NCBI GenBank assembly: GCA_050249955.1
Contig: JBFWPN010000002.1
Span: 392,442 to 456,441, forward strand
Source of the DNA: Vicinamibacterales bacterium
GTDB taxonomy: Bacteria > Acidobacteriota > Vicinamibacteria > Vicinamibacterales > CAVVIG01
Length of the DNA stretch: 64,000 bases
Direction: 5' to 3'
Positions 48,779-57,079 of this stretch are shown piece by piece. The notes beneath the pieces are model-generated. The model was not told the origin of the DNA and did no database searches. It saw only the letters and a program-made list of their open reading frames with translations. Numbering within the stretch: the stretch's first letter is position 1; each line of letters starts with the position of its first letter. Made by a program: the position numbers and the translations under genes.

Positions 48779-49699
48779 CTAGCGGGTCTTGGCCGGCTGC
48801 GCGAGGAGCTGCATCGGGTTGAGCAGCTTGCCGTTCACGAGAATCTCGTAGTGCAGGTGGGCACCGGTGGAACGGCCGGTGGAGCCCACATAGCCGATGA
48901 CGTCGCCCCGGTGCACGTCCTGTCCGCGCTTCACGTTGAACCCGCTCAGGTGGCCGTAGCGGGTGGTAATCCCGAAGTCGTGGCGGAGGACGACCATGTT
49001 GCCGTACTCGCCCTCATACGAGGCCGAGTTCACCTTGCCGTCGGCCGTGGCGTACACCGGCTGGCCCTTGGAGGCCGAGATGTCGAGCCCCTGGTGGAAC
49101 GCCGACTGACCCGTGAACGGGTCCGAGCGTCCACCGAAGCGTCCCGTGAGCCATCCCTTCGCAGGCCAGATGGACGGCGTCGCGGCCGCCAGCTTCTCCT
49201 GGCGCTCGATGCCCTGGCGGACGCTGCTCAGTCGTGTTTCGAGGGCGGAGAGGAGCGTGCGCAGGACACCGAAGGTGTCCTCGGGGGAGATGAGCGACGT
49301 GGACATCACGTTGCTGATGGCGGCGTTGGTCTGCGAGGTGCCGCCGACCGCCCGGTTCTTCACCACGGCAGGCAGCTTCGCAATTGCATTGGCCTGTACC
49401 GGGTCGAGCGCGGACCGCGACCCTAGCTCGTCAATCACCCCTTCGAGCGACTGAATCTGCTCAGCGAGTTCGCCGGTCGTTTCGCGATAGTTGCCGTTCT
49501 CCTGGGTCAGCGCCGAATTGGTGGCGCGGAGCTGGTGCAGCTCCATGCTGGCGCTCCACTTGGCGCCGAGCCCGATGAGCACGGGCATCGCCAGTGTGCT
49601 GCCGACGACGAACGCGACGGTCCGCAGGCTGATGGTCAGTCTGCGCACGACGCCGGTCGATCGGTCAGCGATGAGAACGGTGTATCGCCGTGAGAACAT
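48779..49699 (-). CDS. M23/LytM-family murein endopeptidase with N-terminal anchor and coiled coil
   Basis: TM segment FVVGSTLAMPVLIGL and a coiled-coil region. LytM motifs FHQGLDISA, PVYATADGKV, YGHLS and GRSTGAHLHYEI. Confidence 0.92.
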   Translation of the reverse strand: MFSRRYTVLIADRSTGVVRRLTISLRTVAFVVGSTLAMPVLIGLGAKWSASMELHQLRATNSALTQENGNYRETTGELAEQIQSLEGVIDELGSRSALDPVQANAIAKLPAVVKNRAVGGTSQTNAAISNVMSTSLISPEDTFGVLRTLLSALETRLSSVRQGIERQEKLAAATPSIWPAKGWLTGRFGGRSDPFTGQSAFHQGLDISASKGQPVYATADGKVNSASYEGEYGNMVVLRHDFGITTRYGHLSGFNVKRGQDVHRGDVIGYVGSTGRSTGAHLHYEILVNGKLLNPMQLLAQPAKTR

Positions 49700-49785
49700 T
49701 ACCCTCTCAAGTGAAGCGGAACTGCTTGTCCGGGAAGTCCGAAGACAACCGAGGTTCGAGCCCGGCAGAACGGGGAATTTTCAGC

Positions 49786-49798
49786 ACTGTAGCACACG
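49786..49798 (-). promoter_or_regulatory. Extended -10 promoter element for the M23 peptidase gene
   Basis: The minus strand reads CGTGTGCTACAGT, the same 13-mer as upstream of the BMC-H gene (56991-57003). About 90 nt upstream of the start codon. Confidence 0.45.
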
Positions 49799-49914
49799 CG
49801 ATTTCACGATCGGAAGTACGAAATGCCGAGTCGGCGAACGCCCAGCGAAGAACGTGCGCATGGCTGTGCAGCGTTCGCCAGCCCCACCATCGTCGTCTGC
49901 GAGGACAGGCACCT

Positions 49915-51225
49915 ATGACGCACAGAAGAGCCCTCATCGTGGCCGTGACGGCGGCCGTGCTGCTCGCGAACGAGCAGCCTGCGTCCACGGTTGGACGTCC
50001 GGGATTCACCCCGCTGGCCTGCCCGGCCCAGAGCTGGACACCCGATGACCCCGCATTCGAGCCCTTGCCCGGAGCGAAGGCCTTCTTCGGACGCTATGAC
50101 GGCGGCATCTACCGCGTCGAGATCCCGGAGCGCTGGAACGGCGAGCTGATGCTGAGCGCGCACGGATTCGTCAGCAACGCGGGGCCGCGCGGTGCTCAAC
50201 TGCGCGTGGGCACGCCAGCGATCCGCCAGCACCTGATCGAGCAGGGCTTCGCCTGGGCCGCGTCGAGCTACCGCTGCAATGGGTACGTGCCCGGCGCGGG
50301 GCTGCAGGACACCATGGCGCTCATGGACCTGTTCACCCAGTTCAACGGCGGCACCGCCGCCCGGCGGGTCTACCTGACCGGCACCTCGATGGGCGGGCAC
50401 GTCACCCTGCTCGGGATGCACGAGTTTCCCACGACGTTCGCGGGCGGACTGGCCATGTGTCCGGCCGGTCCCGAACTCTTCGACTACTTCACCGCCGTGG
50501 GGGCCGCTGCCGAGGTGATCACCGGGGTCCGGTTCGAGAACCCGTCGACCGTGGGCGACAGCCTGAACCGGATGGCCGCGATCCTGGGCGAACCACCGAA
50601 CTACACCGAGAAGGGACGCCAGCTCGCCAATGTCCAGATCGAGCTGAGCGGCGGCCCCCGTCCATTCGCGGCACAGGGCCTGCGCTCGCGTTTCCTGCAG
50701 AACATCAGCGGTGCCGCGCTGGCCGGGAGTACCTCGCCGTCGAACCGCGCCACCACCAATATCCACTACACCTACCGCCTCGACGGGGCGCTCGGGCTCG
50801 AGGGTGGATCGCTCGATCGGCTCGTCCGCCGCAAGGCGCCCGACATGGAGGTGCGCGGACCGCAGGGGCCCTTCGATGAACTGGTGCCGCTCGATGGACG
50901 GATCGAGCGTCCGCTGCTGACAATGCACGGCACGGGCGATCTGTTCGTGCCGATTCACCTGGAACAGACGCTGCGCACGGCCGTGAAGGCGGCTGGCAAG
51001 GACGACCTGCTCGTGCAGCGCATCTACCGGATTGGCGGGCACTGCCAGTTCAGCGTGCCCGAACAGGCACGCGCCTTCGACGACCTGGTCCGCTGGGTGC
51101 GGGAGGGGATCACGCCGGATGGCGATACCGTGTTCGGCGACCTGAGTGATGCGGGGCGCCGATTCACGAACCCACTCCGTGACGGTGATCCCGGCGGTCT
51201 GGTCGTTGGCGCGGTCCGGCGCTAG
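49915..51225 (+). CDS. Secreted alpha/beta-hydrolase-fold protein
   Basis: Start at MTHRRALIVAVTAAVLLA (signal peptide). Nucleophile elbow GTSMGGH. Late GDLFVP...H consistent with an Asp/His of the triad. Confidence 0.7.
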   Translation: MTHRRALIVAVTAAVLLANEQPASTVGRPGFTPLACPAQSWTPDDPAFEPLPGAKAFFGRYDGGIYRVEIPERWNGELMLSAHGFVSNAGPRGAQLRVGTPAIRQHLIEQGFAWAASSYRCNGYVPGAGLQDTMALMDLFTQFNGGTAARRVYLTGTSMGGHVTLLGMHEFPTTFAGGLAMCPAGPELFDYFTAVGAAAEVITGVRFENPSTVGDSLNRMAAILGEPPNYTEKGRQLANVQIELSGGPRPFAAQGLRSRFLQNISGAALAGSTSPSNRATTNIHYTYRLDGALGLEGGSLDRLVRRKAPDMEVRGPQGPFDELVPLDGRIERPLLTMHGTGDLFVPIHLEQTLRTAVKAAGKDDLLVQRIYRIGGHCQFSVPEQARAFDDLVRWVREGITPDGDTVFGDLSDAGRRFTNPLRDGDPGGLVVGAVRR

Positions 51226-51239
51226 GGGAGGGAGCGGCA

Positions 51240-52742
51240 TCAGCCCAGCCTGAACTGCAGGGCTTCGGCGACATGGTCGGCGTGGATGCGGTCCTCGCCG
51301 GCGAGGTCGGCGACGGTACGTGCGACACGGCGGACGCGGTCGAACCCGCGGGCACTCAGGCCAAGCCGCTCGGCGGCGCGTTGCAGCAGCTGCAGGCCGG
51401 AGCGGTCGAGCGCGCAGTGCGTCCGCAACTCCGTCGACCCGAGCGCGCCGTTGGTCTGTACGCGGGCACCCAGGTATCGCTGCTGCTGCCGGTCACGGGC
51501 CGCCATCACCCGGCGGCGGATGGCGGCAGAGCTCTCGGACACCCCGGCGGTACCGAGCTGGTCCGGAGGCAGGCGCTGCACGTCGACGGTCAGGTCGAGA
51601 CGGTCCTTCAGGGGACCCGACAGGCGTCCGGCGTACCGGGCCACCTGCTGTGGCGTGCACCGGCAGGTGCGGACGGGATCACCCGCCATACCGCAGGGAC
51701 ACGGATTGGTGGCGGCGACCAGCACGAACCTGGCCGGGAAGGTGACCGTCCTCGAGGCCCGCGCCACCGTCACCACCCCTTCTTCGAGCGGCTGACGCAG
51801 CACGTCGAGGACGCTACGCGGGAACTCCAGCATCTCATCCAGGAACAGCACGCCGTTGTGTGCCAGGCTCACTTCGCCGGGGCGTGGATGCGAGCCGCCG
51901 CCCGCCAGGGCGGAGGCCGAGATGGTGTGGTGAGGAGCCCTGAACGGGCGGACCGCAATGAGTCCTGCACCCGGCTGCACCAGCCCGGCCACGGAGTGGA
52001 CGGTGGTCGACTCGATGGCTTCATCGAAGGTGAGCGGGGGCAGCACGCCCGCCATCCGCCTCGCGATCATGGTCTTGCCCGCGCCCGGGGGGCCGACCAT
52101 GAGGAGGTTGTGCCCGCCAGACGAGGCGATCTCGATGGCTCGGCGCGCCAGGTCCTGCCCGGCCACGTCGGCGAAGTCGGCCACCACGGGCTCCGTGGGC
52201 GGGTGGGCCTGAACGATGGCCCGGCTCGCGGCCGGGTCGCGCGTCGCCCCGACCGCGTCTGCCAGTGAGGCCACAGGCAGGAGTCCGGCGGGAAGGACTG
52301 CGGCCGCCTCCGAGGCGTTGGCCGAGGGCAGCAGCAGATACCCAAGCCCTTCGCGACGTGCGGCCGCCGCGAACGGCAGCATCCCGCGGGTGGACTGGAT
52401 CCGACCGTCGAGCGACAGCTCACCGACCACCATCATCGAGGCCAGGGCATCGGCAGGAATCACGCCGCTTGCGGCCAGGATGCCCAGCGCGATCGGGAGG
52501 TCGAAGGCGGCCCCGGCCTTCCGGACGTCGGCCGGCGCCAGGTTCACCGTGATGCGGTGTGGCGGAAACTCGAAGCCGCTGTTGCGGATTGCACTGCGCA
52601 CACGGTCGCGGCTCTCGCGCACGCTGGCGTCTGGCAGTCCGACCATGGTGAAGAGCGGCATCCCGAACGAGACGTCGACCTCCACCTGCACCGCGCAGGC
52701 GTCCACACCCTGAATGGCCGCAGTCCGAACGGAGGCGAGCAT
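51240..52742 (-). CDS. comM: YifB/ComM-family Mg-chelatase-like AAA+ protein
   Basis: Lon-like N-terminal domain (GLPDASVRESRDRVRSAI.NSGF.FP..RITVNLAPAD.RK). Walker A MVGPPGAGKTM, Walker B VLFLDE. C-terminal ChlI-like region. Confidence 0.93.
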   Translation of the reverse strand: MLASVRTAAIQGVDACAVQVEVDVSFGMPLFTMVGLPDASVRESRDRVRSAIRNSGFEFPPHRITVNLAPADVRKAGAAFDLPIALGILAASGVIPADALASMMVVGELSLDGRIQSTRGMLPFAAAARREGLGYLLLPSANASEAAAVLPAGLLPVASLADAVGATRDPAASRAIVQAHPPTEPVVADFADVAGQDLARRAIEIASSGGHNLLMVGPPGAGKTMIARRMAGVLPPLTFDEAIESTTVHSVAGLVQPGAGLIAVRPFRAPHHTISASALAGGGSHPRPGEVSLAHNGVLFLDEMLEFPRSVLDVLRQPLEEGVVTVARASRTVTFPARFVLVAATNPCPCGMAGDPVRTCRCTPQQVARYAGRLSGPLKDRLDLTVDVQRLPPDQLGTAGVSESSAAIRRRVMAARDRQQQRYLGARVQTNGALGSTELRTHCALDRSGLQLLQRAAERLGLSARGFDRVRRVARTVADLAGEDRIHADHVAEALQFRLG

Positions 52743-52914
52743 GCGCTCTGGCTCTGCAAGGACCGCCCCGCTGGGGCCGTTCCAGGCCTGTCAAGCACTT
52801 GCAGCGGCTGACCGATTCAGGTGTGGCAGGAACAGCAGCCTGGGACGAGGTGGTGTACGCAGATAACGATGCACCGCCGGTGGGGCAGACACGTGGGCAG
52901 GTTGCCCGTGCGCG

Positions 52915-54651
52915 TCAGTTGGCCTGCGCCGTGTAGATGGTGAGGCGGTCGCCCGCCGTGATGCGGGTACCGGGGATGCGGTTCCAGGACTTGATGTTCG
53001 ACACCGTGGTGTTGAACGCGCGGGCGATGGCCCCCAGCGTGTCGCCGCGCTTCACGCGGTAGGTCACCTTGATGCGCTGGCCGCTCGAGGCGTTGACGGC
53101 CGGCACGACGGAGTCGGCCACCAGCGGACGCGACTCGGCGGCGGGCACCGGCCGGTCGGCGCGGGCCGCCATGAGCCGGGTGGACTCGTGCGGCACCATC
53201 AGCTTGGCGCCCGGCCTGACGCGGGCGGTGGTCTTGAGGTAGTTCGCCGCCGCCAGGTCGGCGCGGCTCACCCGCAGCGTGCGGGCCACGGCGGCCAGTG
53301 TGTCGCCCTTCTTCACGGTGTACCAACGCAGCGACGCGAGGTCGGCCGTGGAGGCGTCGGCCAGCTTCGTGCGGACCGCTTCTGCCGTACCCGACGGCAC
53401 CTTCAGGCTGTAGCTGTTGTCCTTGATGGGCGTGGTCCAGCGACGAAGTTCGGGATTGAGCCGCTGGATCGTGTCGATGGTGGTGTCGGCCCACTCCGCG
53501 ATGCGCCGGAGGTCGACCGGCTGCTCGAGCGTCACCGTCTCGTAGCTGTGCGCTTCCTCGGTTTCGAACTCGAATCCGTACTGGGCCGGGTTCTTCGCGA
53601 TGACGATCGCCGCGAGAATCATCGGCACGTAGTCGCGCGTCTCGCGGGGCAGCACGCGTGGCTTCTTCGAGAGGGCCCAGAAGTCGCTGACGCCCGCGCG
53701 CTTGATCGCCTTCTGCAGCCGTCCCGGACCGCCGTTGTATGACGCCAGCGCCAGGTGCCAGTCGCCATCGAACATCGAGGACAGCGTGTTCAGGTACTTC
53801 GCCGCGGCGAACGTCGCCTTCTCGGGGTCGGAGCGCTCATCGATGTACCAGTCCTGCCGGAGGCCGTTTTCCCTGCCCGTGCCGAGCATGAACTGCCAGA
53901 CGCCGCGGGCCTTCGTACGCGACAGGGCATTCGGGTTGAACGCGCTCTCGACCAGCGGCACGTACGCCAGATCCAGCGGCAGCCCTTCTGCCCGGAAGAC
54001 GTTCTGGATCATCGGAAGGTACTTGCTGCCGCGCTTCATTCCCTCCTGCAGGAAGTCGTGCAGCCGCCCCTGGAACAGCTCGATGAACGAGAGCACCCGG
54101 TCGTTCAGGGGAATGGGGATGTCGTAGTCGCCCGTCTGGAGGTTCGACTTCACCGTGCGGGCGAGTTCGGCACTGACGGCGGGTGGCACCAGCGTGGCCG
54201 AGACAGCCAGGAGCTCGTCGATCGAGGCCGGCTCGTCCGGTTGCCGATCGGTGAATCCGTCGCCCTGCGCGAGCGCCTTCACCTCGTAAGTGCTGATGCG
54301 GTCGACCAGGCGGTCGAACTGCTCCCGGATCCTGGGCTCGGTCCGTCCCCCGTAGGGCGATTCGATCAGCACGTTGAGCGCCCGGTCGAAGGCCTGCCGC
54401 GCACCCTCGACATGGCCCGCCTCGAGCTCGAGCTGGCCGGTCCTGAAGTGACGGTCGGACTGTGCGAGGAGGGCGAGAACGGGATCTTCGACGGGCGTCG
54501 TGGAACCGGGCAGGGTCGTGGCGGTGACGGGAGCCACTGAAGGACCCGGCGGGGCTGCGGTGACTGGCGCCCGGCGAACGCCCGCGCCGCAGGCCGCCAA
54601 CAGGGGCAGCAGCGCAAGGAGAGCGAGTCGCAGGTGCGGGCGTCGAACCAT
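52915..54651 (-). CDS. mltD: MltD-like lytic murein transglycosylase lipoprotein with three LysM domains
   Basis: Start at MVRRPHLRLALLALLPLLAACG (lipobox LLAAC). SLT catalytic region VESAFNP.A.S...ARGVWQFM and AAYNGGPG. Three LysM repeats (YTVKKGDTLAAVAR..., etc.). The ORF extends to 54693 if the earlier ATG is used. Confidence 0.9.
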   Translation of the reverse strand: MVRRPHLRLALLALLPLLAACGAGVRRAPVTAAPPGPSVAPVTATTLPGSTTPVEDPVLALLAQSDRHFRTGQLELEAGHVEGARQAFDRALNVLIESPYGGRTEPRIREQFDRLVDRISTYEVKALAQGDGFTDRQPDEPASIDELLAVSATLVPPAVSAELARTVKSNLQTGDYDIPIPLNDRVLSFIELFQGRLHDFLQEGMKRGSKYLPMIQNVFRAEGLPLDLAYVPLVESAFNPNALSRTKARGVWQFMLGTGRENGLRQDWYIDERSDPEKATFAAAKYLNTLSSMFDGDWHLALASYNGGPGRLQKAIKRAGVSDFWALSKKPRVLPRETRDYVPMILAAIVIAKNPAQYGFEFETEEAHSYETVTLEQPVDLRRIAEWADTTIDTIQRLNPELRRWTTPIKDNSYSLKVPSGTAEAVRTKLADASTADLASLRWYTVKKGDTLAAVARTLRVSRADLAAANYLKTTARVRPGAKLMVPHESTRLMAARADRPVPAAESRPLVADSVVPAVNASSGQRIKVTYRVKRGDTLGAIARAFNTTVSNIKSWNRIPGTRITAGDRLTIYTAQAN

Positions 54652-54836
54652 TCGGGCGCTCCGAAATCGCGCGTCCGCCAATCGGGGCGGCACCGCGCAT
54701 CGTAAGTCGCCCCCGTGCGGGGGCTCCGGGTGAACCGGGGCGGCGCCAGATGGTGCGCGCCGAAACCTAGCGTGCCGTGTGGAAGCTGCGGAAGCCTTCC
54801 GCCTGCCCGGACGAGCCGGGCGTCAACGGCTGAGGC

Positions 54837-54865
54837 ATACTAGCATCCGCCCGTCGGTCGGTCAA
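54837..54865 (-). promoter_or_regulatory. Sigma-70-type promoter for mltD
   Basis: The minus strand reads TTGACC-17 nt-TAGTAT, in the only locally A+T-enriched patch of this intergenic region. Confidence 0.5.
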
Positions 54866-54958
54866 CAGTAAGTCCAAGTGGCTCAGCATTAAGCGGCCGA
54901 CGAACGTTTGGTCCACGGGGCGGAAACCGCGGCGGCCGACCCGGAGTCGACCGTGAGG

Positions 54959-56686
54959 TCAGCCGTGGAAGGGGGCCGGCGCGAACACCCGGTTCGCCTC
55001 GCCCAGTTCGCGAGCCGAGGGGGTGACGATCGCCCGCTCGGAGACGACGAGCGTTCGACCCTCGCGCATGGCCTTGCGGACATCCTCCTCGCAGACGAAG
55101 TCCAGGGGCGGGGCATCCGAACCGCTTGTGGCTGCCGGACCGGCGGACGTGGTGCCCCCGTCCGTGGCCGCGACACCCTTGTAGCCGCGCGACCCCAGGA
55201 ACTGCTCAATCCGCTGCGTCAGCACCTTGGACGTGATGCCGGCCGAGGGCGCCACACGCGCCGGGCCCGACACCGGCAACGTGATGCCGGATGCCCGCTC
55301 GAACCGGTTCGGCACGGAGGTGACTTCGTAGGCCAGCCGCTTGATGTTGAGCAGGTGCCGCGGAGTGATGTTGTCCGACGTGATGTTGCCGCCGTAGCCG
55401 CCGCATCCCAGTGTCATCGCGGGATCGAGACCCGAGGAGATGCCGGTGGATCCGAACGTGGTCGGCGTGTTCACCGCAATGCGGAAGGCCGGTTTCTTCA
55501 GCCCGAACTCGAGGATCACCTGCTCGTTCTGCGAGTGGATCCCCATGGTGTGACCCATGCCGCCGTACCGCAGGATCTGCTTGCAGCGTTCGCAGCCCTC
55601 GCGCCAGTCGGCCACCACGTAGAACGAGAGGACCGGGCACAGCTTCTCGATGGACAGGGGGTGGTCGCGGCCAACCCCGTCGAGTTCGGCGATGAGCACC
55701 CTGGTGCCGTCCGGCACGGTGATGCCGCAGGCGCTGGCGATGGCGACCGCGGACTTCCCGACCAGCGTTGGATTCGGTAGCCGCTGGGGAGTGACCAGCA
55801 CCGCCGCCACCTTGCTGCGCTCCGCCGGGCTCAGGAAGTGGCACCCCTGCGCCTGGAACTCGCGCTTCACCTGCTCGGCAATCGGCGCATCGACGACCAC
55901 GGAGTTCTCCGACGAGCAGAGCACGCCGTTGTCGAAGGTCTTGCCGGTGATGATGTCGCGCACGGCCTTCTTCACGTCGGCCGTCCGCTCGATGTAAGCA
56001 GGGGCGTTGCCCGGTCCGACGCCGTACGCCGGCTTGCCGGCCGAGTAGGCGGCGCGCACCAGGCCCATCCCACCGGTGGCAAGGATGACCGCCACCTCGC
56101 GCTGCTTCATCAGCTCCTGCGTCCCTTCGAGCGACACCGTCGTCATCCAGCTGATGGCTCCCGCGGGCGCTCCCGCGCGCCGCGCGGCCTCATCCATCAC
56201 TTCGGCCACCCGTGTGATGCACGTCACGGCCGACGGGTGCGGGCTCAGGACGATGGTGCAGCGGGCCTTCAGGGCGATGAGAATCTTGTAGATGGCGGTC
56301 GACGTCGGGTTGGTCGACGGGACGATGGCCGCGACGACGCCGAATGGCTCGGCGATCTCGACAACCCGCCGCTCCTCGTGCCGTGCCACGACCCCCACCG
56401 TCTTCATGCCCTTGATGAAGTCGTAGACCTTGCGGGAGGCGAACAGGTTCTTCTGGATCTTGTCTTCGTAGACGCCGAAGCCGGTCTCGTCCACGGCCAT
56501 GCGGGCGAACACCTCGGCCTGCGCGGTGGCAGCCTCGGCCATCGCGGTCACGATGGCGTCAATCCGTTCCTGGGAGAACTCGGCGAGTTCGAGCCAGGCC
56601 TGCCTGGCCCGGCGGGCGAGGGCACGGGCCTCGGCGATGGACGCGAGGTCGCGATCGCCGTGGGGGCTGACGGCGGCGTCGGCCAT
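54959..56686 (-). CDS. CoA-acylating aldehyde dehydrogenase (AdhE-N/EutE/PduP family) with a 120-aa C-terminal extension
   Basis: Catalytic Cys context [15 protein letters not shown]. The core ends [29 protein letters not shown] as in AdhE-type acylating ALDHs. 575 aa, against the ~460 aa I recall for typical EutE/PduP. Starts 6 nt after the BMC-H stop. Confidence 0.9.
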   Translation of the reverse strand: MADAAVSPHGDRDLASIAEARALARRARQAWLELAEFSQERIDAIVTAMAEAATAQAEVFARMAVDETGFGVYEDKIQKNLFASRKVYDFIKGMKTVGVVARHEERRVVEIAEPFGVVAAIVPSTNPTSTAIYKILIALKARCTIVLSPHPSAVTCITRVAEVMDEAARRAGAPAGAISWMTTVSLEGTQELMKQREVAVILATGGMGLVRAAYSAGKPAYGVGPGNAPAYIERTADVKKAVRDIITGKTFDNGVLCSSENSVVVDAPIAEQVKREFQAQGCHFLSPAERSKVAAVLVTPQRLPNPTLVGKSAVAIASACGITVPDGTRVLIAELDGVGRDHPLSIEKLCPVLSFYVVADWREGCERCKQILRYGGMGHTMGIHSQNEQVILEFGLKKPAFRIAVNTPTTFGSTGISSGLDPAMTLGCGGYGGNITSDNITPRHLLNIKRLAYEVTSVPNRFERASGITLPVSGPARVAPSAGITSKVLTQRIEQFLGSRGYKGVAATDGGTTSAGPAATSGSDAPPLDFVCEEDVRKAMREGRTLVVSERAIVTPSARELGEANRVFAPAPFHG

Positions 56687-56692
56687 CGGCGG

Positions 56693-56971
56693 CTAGGCGC
56701 CCTTCGGCAGGATGCGCTCGACCTCGGCGTGAGGGCGCGGAATGACGTGGACGGACACCAGCTCACCGACCCGGCGGGCAGCTGCGGCCCCGGCGTCGGT
56801 GGCGGCCTTCACCGCGCCGACGTCGCCACGGACCATGACGGTGACGTACCCGGCGCCGATGTACTCCTTCGCGATCAGCGCGACATTGGCGGTCTTCACC
56901 ATGGCGTCGGCCGCTTCGACCGAGCCGATCAGCCCCTTTGTTTCCACCAGTCCCAGCGCGTCGTGTGCCAC
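56693..56971 (-). CDS. Bacterial microcompartment shell protein, BMC-H (PduA/EutM/CcmK type, Pfam PF00936 fold)
   Basis: GTG start with AGGAG 7 nt upstream. [92 protein letters not shown] is collinear with PduA along its whole length. 92 aa. Confidence 0.93.
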   Translation of the reverse strand: MAHDALGLVETKGLIGSVEAADAMVKTANVALIAKEYIGAGYVTVMVRGDVGAVKAATDAGAAAARRVGELVSVHVIPRPHAEVERILPKGA

Positions 56972-56990
56972 GTCAGACTCCTGCGCCGAA

Positions 56991-57003
56991 ACTGTAGCAC
57001 ACG
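56991..57003 (-). promoter_or_regulatory. Extended -10 promoter element for the BMC-H/ALDH operon
   Basis: The minus strand reads CGTGTGCTACAGT, ending about 20 nt upstream of the GTG start. Identical 13-mer to 49786-49798. Confidence 0.45.
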
Positions 57004-57079
57004 GGTCCGCCCGATTGCGCCTGCCCGCGGCATCCGCTAGCATTCCTAGGTTTCACTCTGAGCGATTTTCCGGAGCATT

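Noticed and set aside
54694-54958. A search for a hidden BMC-P (pentamer) or other small BMC gene in the 265-nt gap after the ALDH.
   Set aside because: The only minus-strand ATG ORF is about 40 codons (MLSHLDLLLTDRR...). It has poor codon usage (TTA, TTG) and no EutN/CcmL-like sequence. The gap instead contains a good TTGACC-N17-TAGTAT promoter for mltD.
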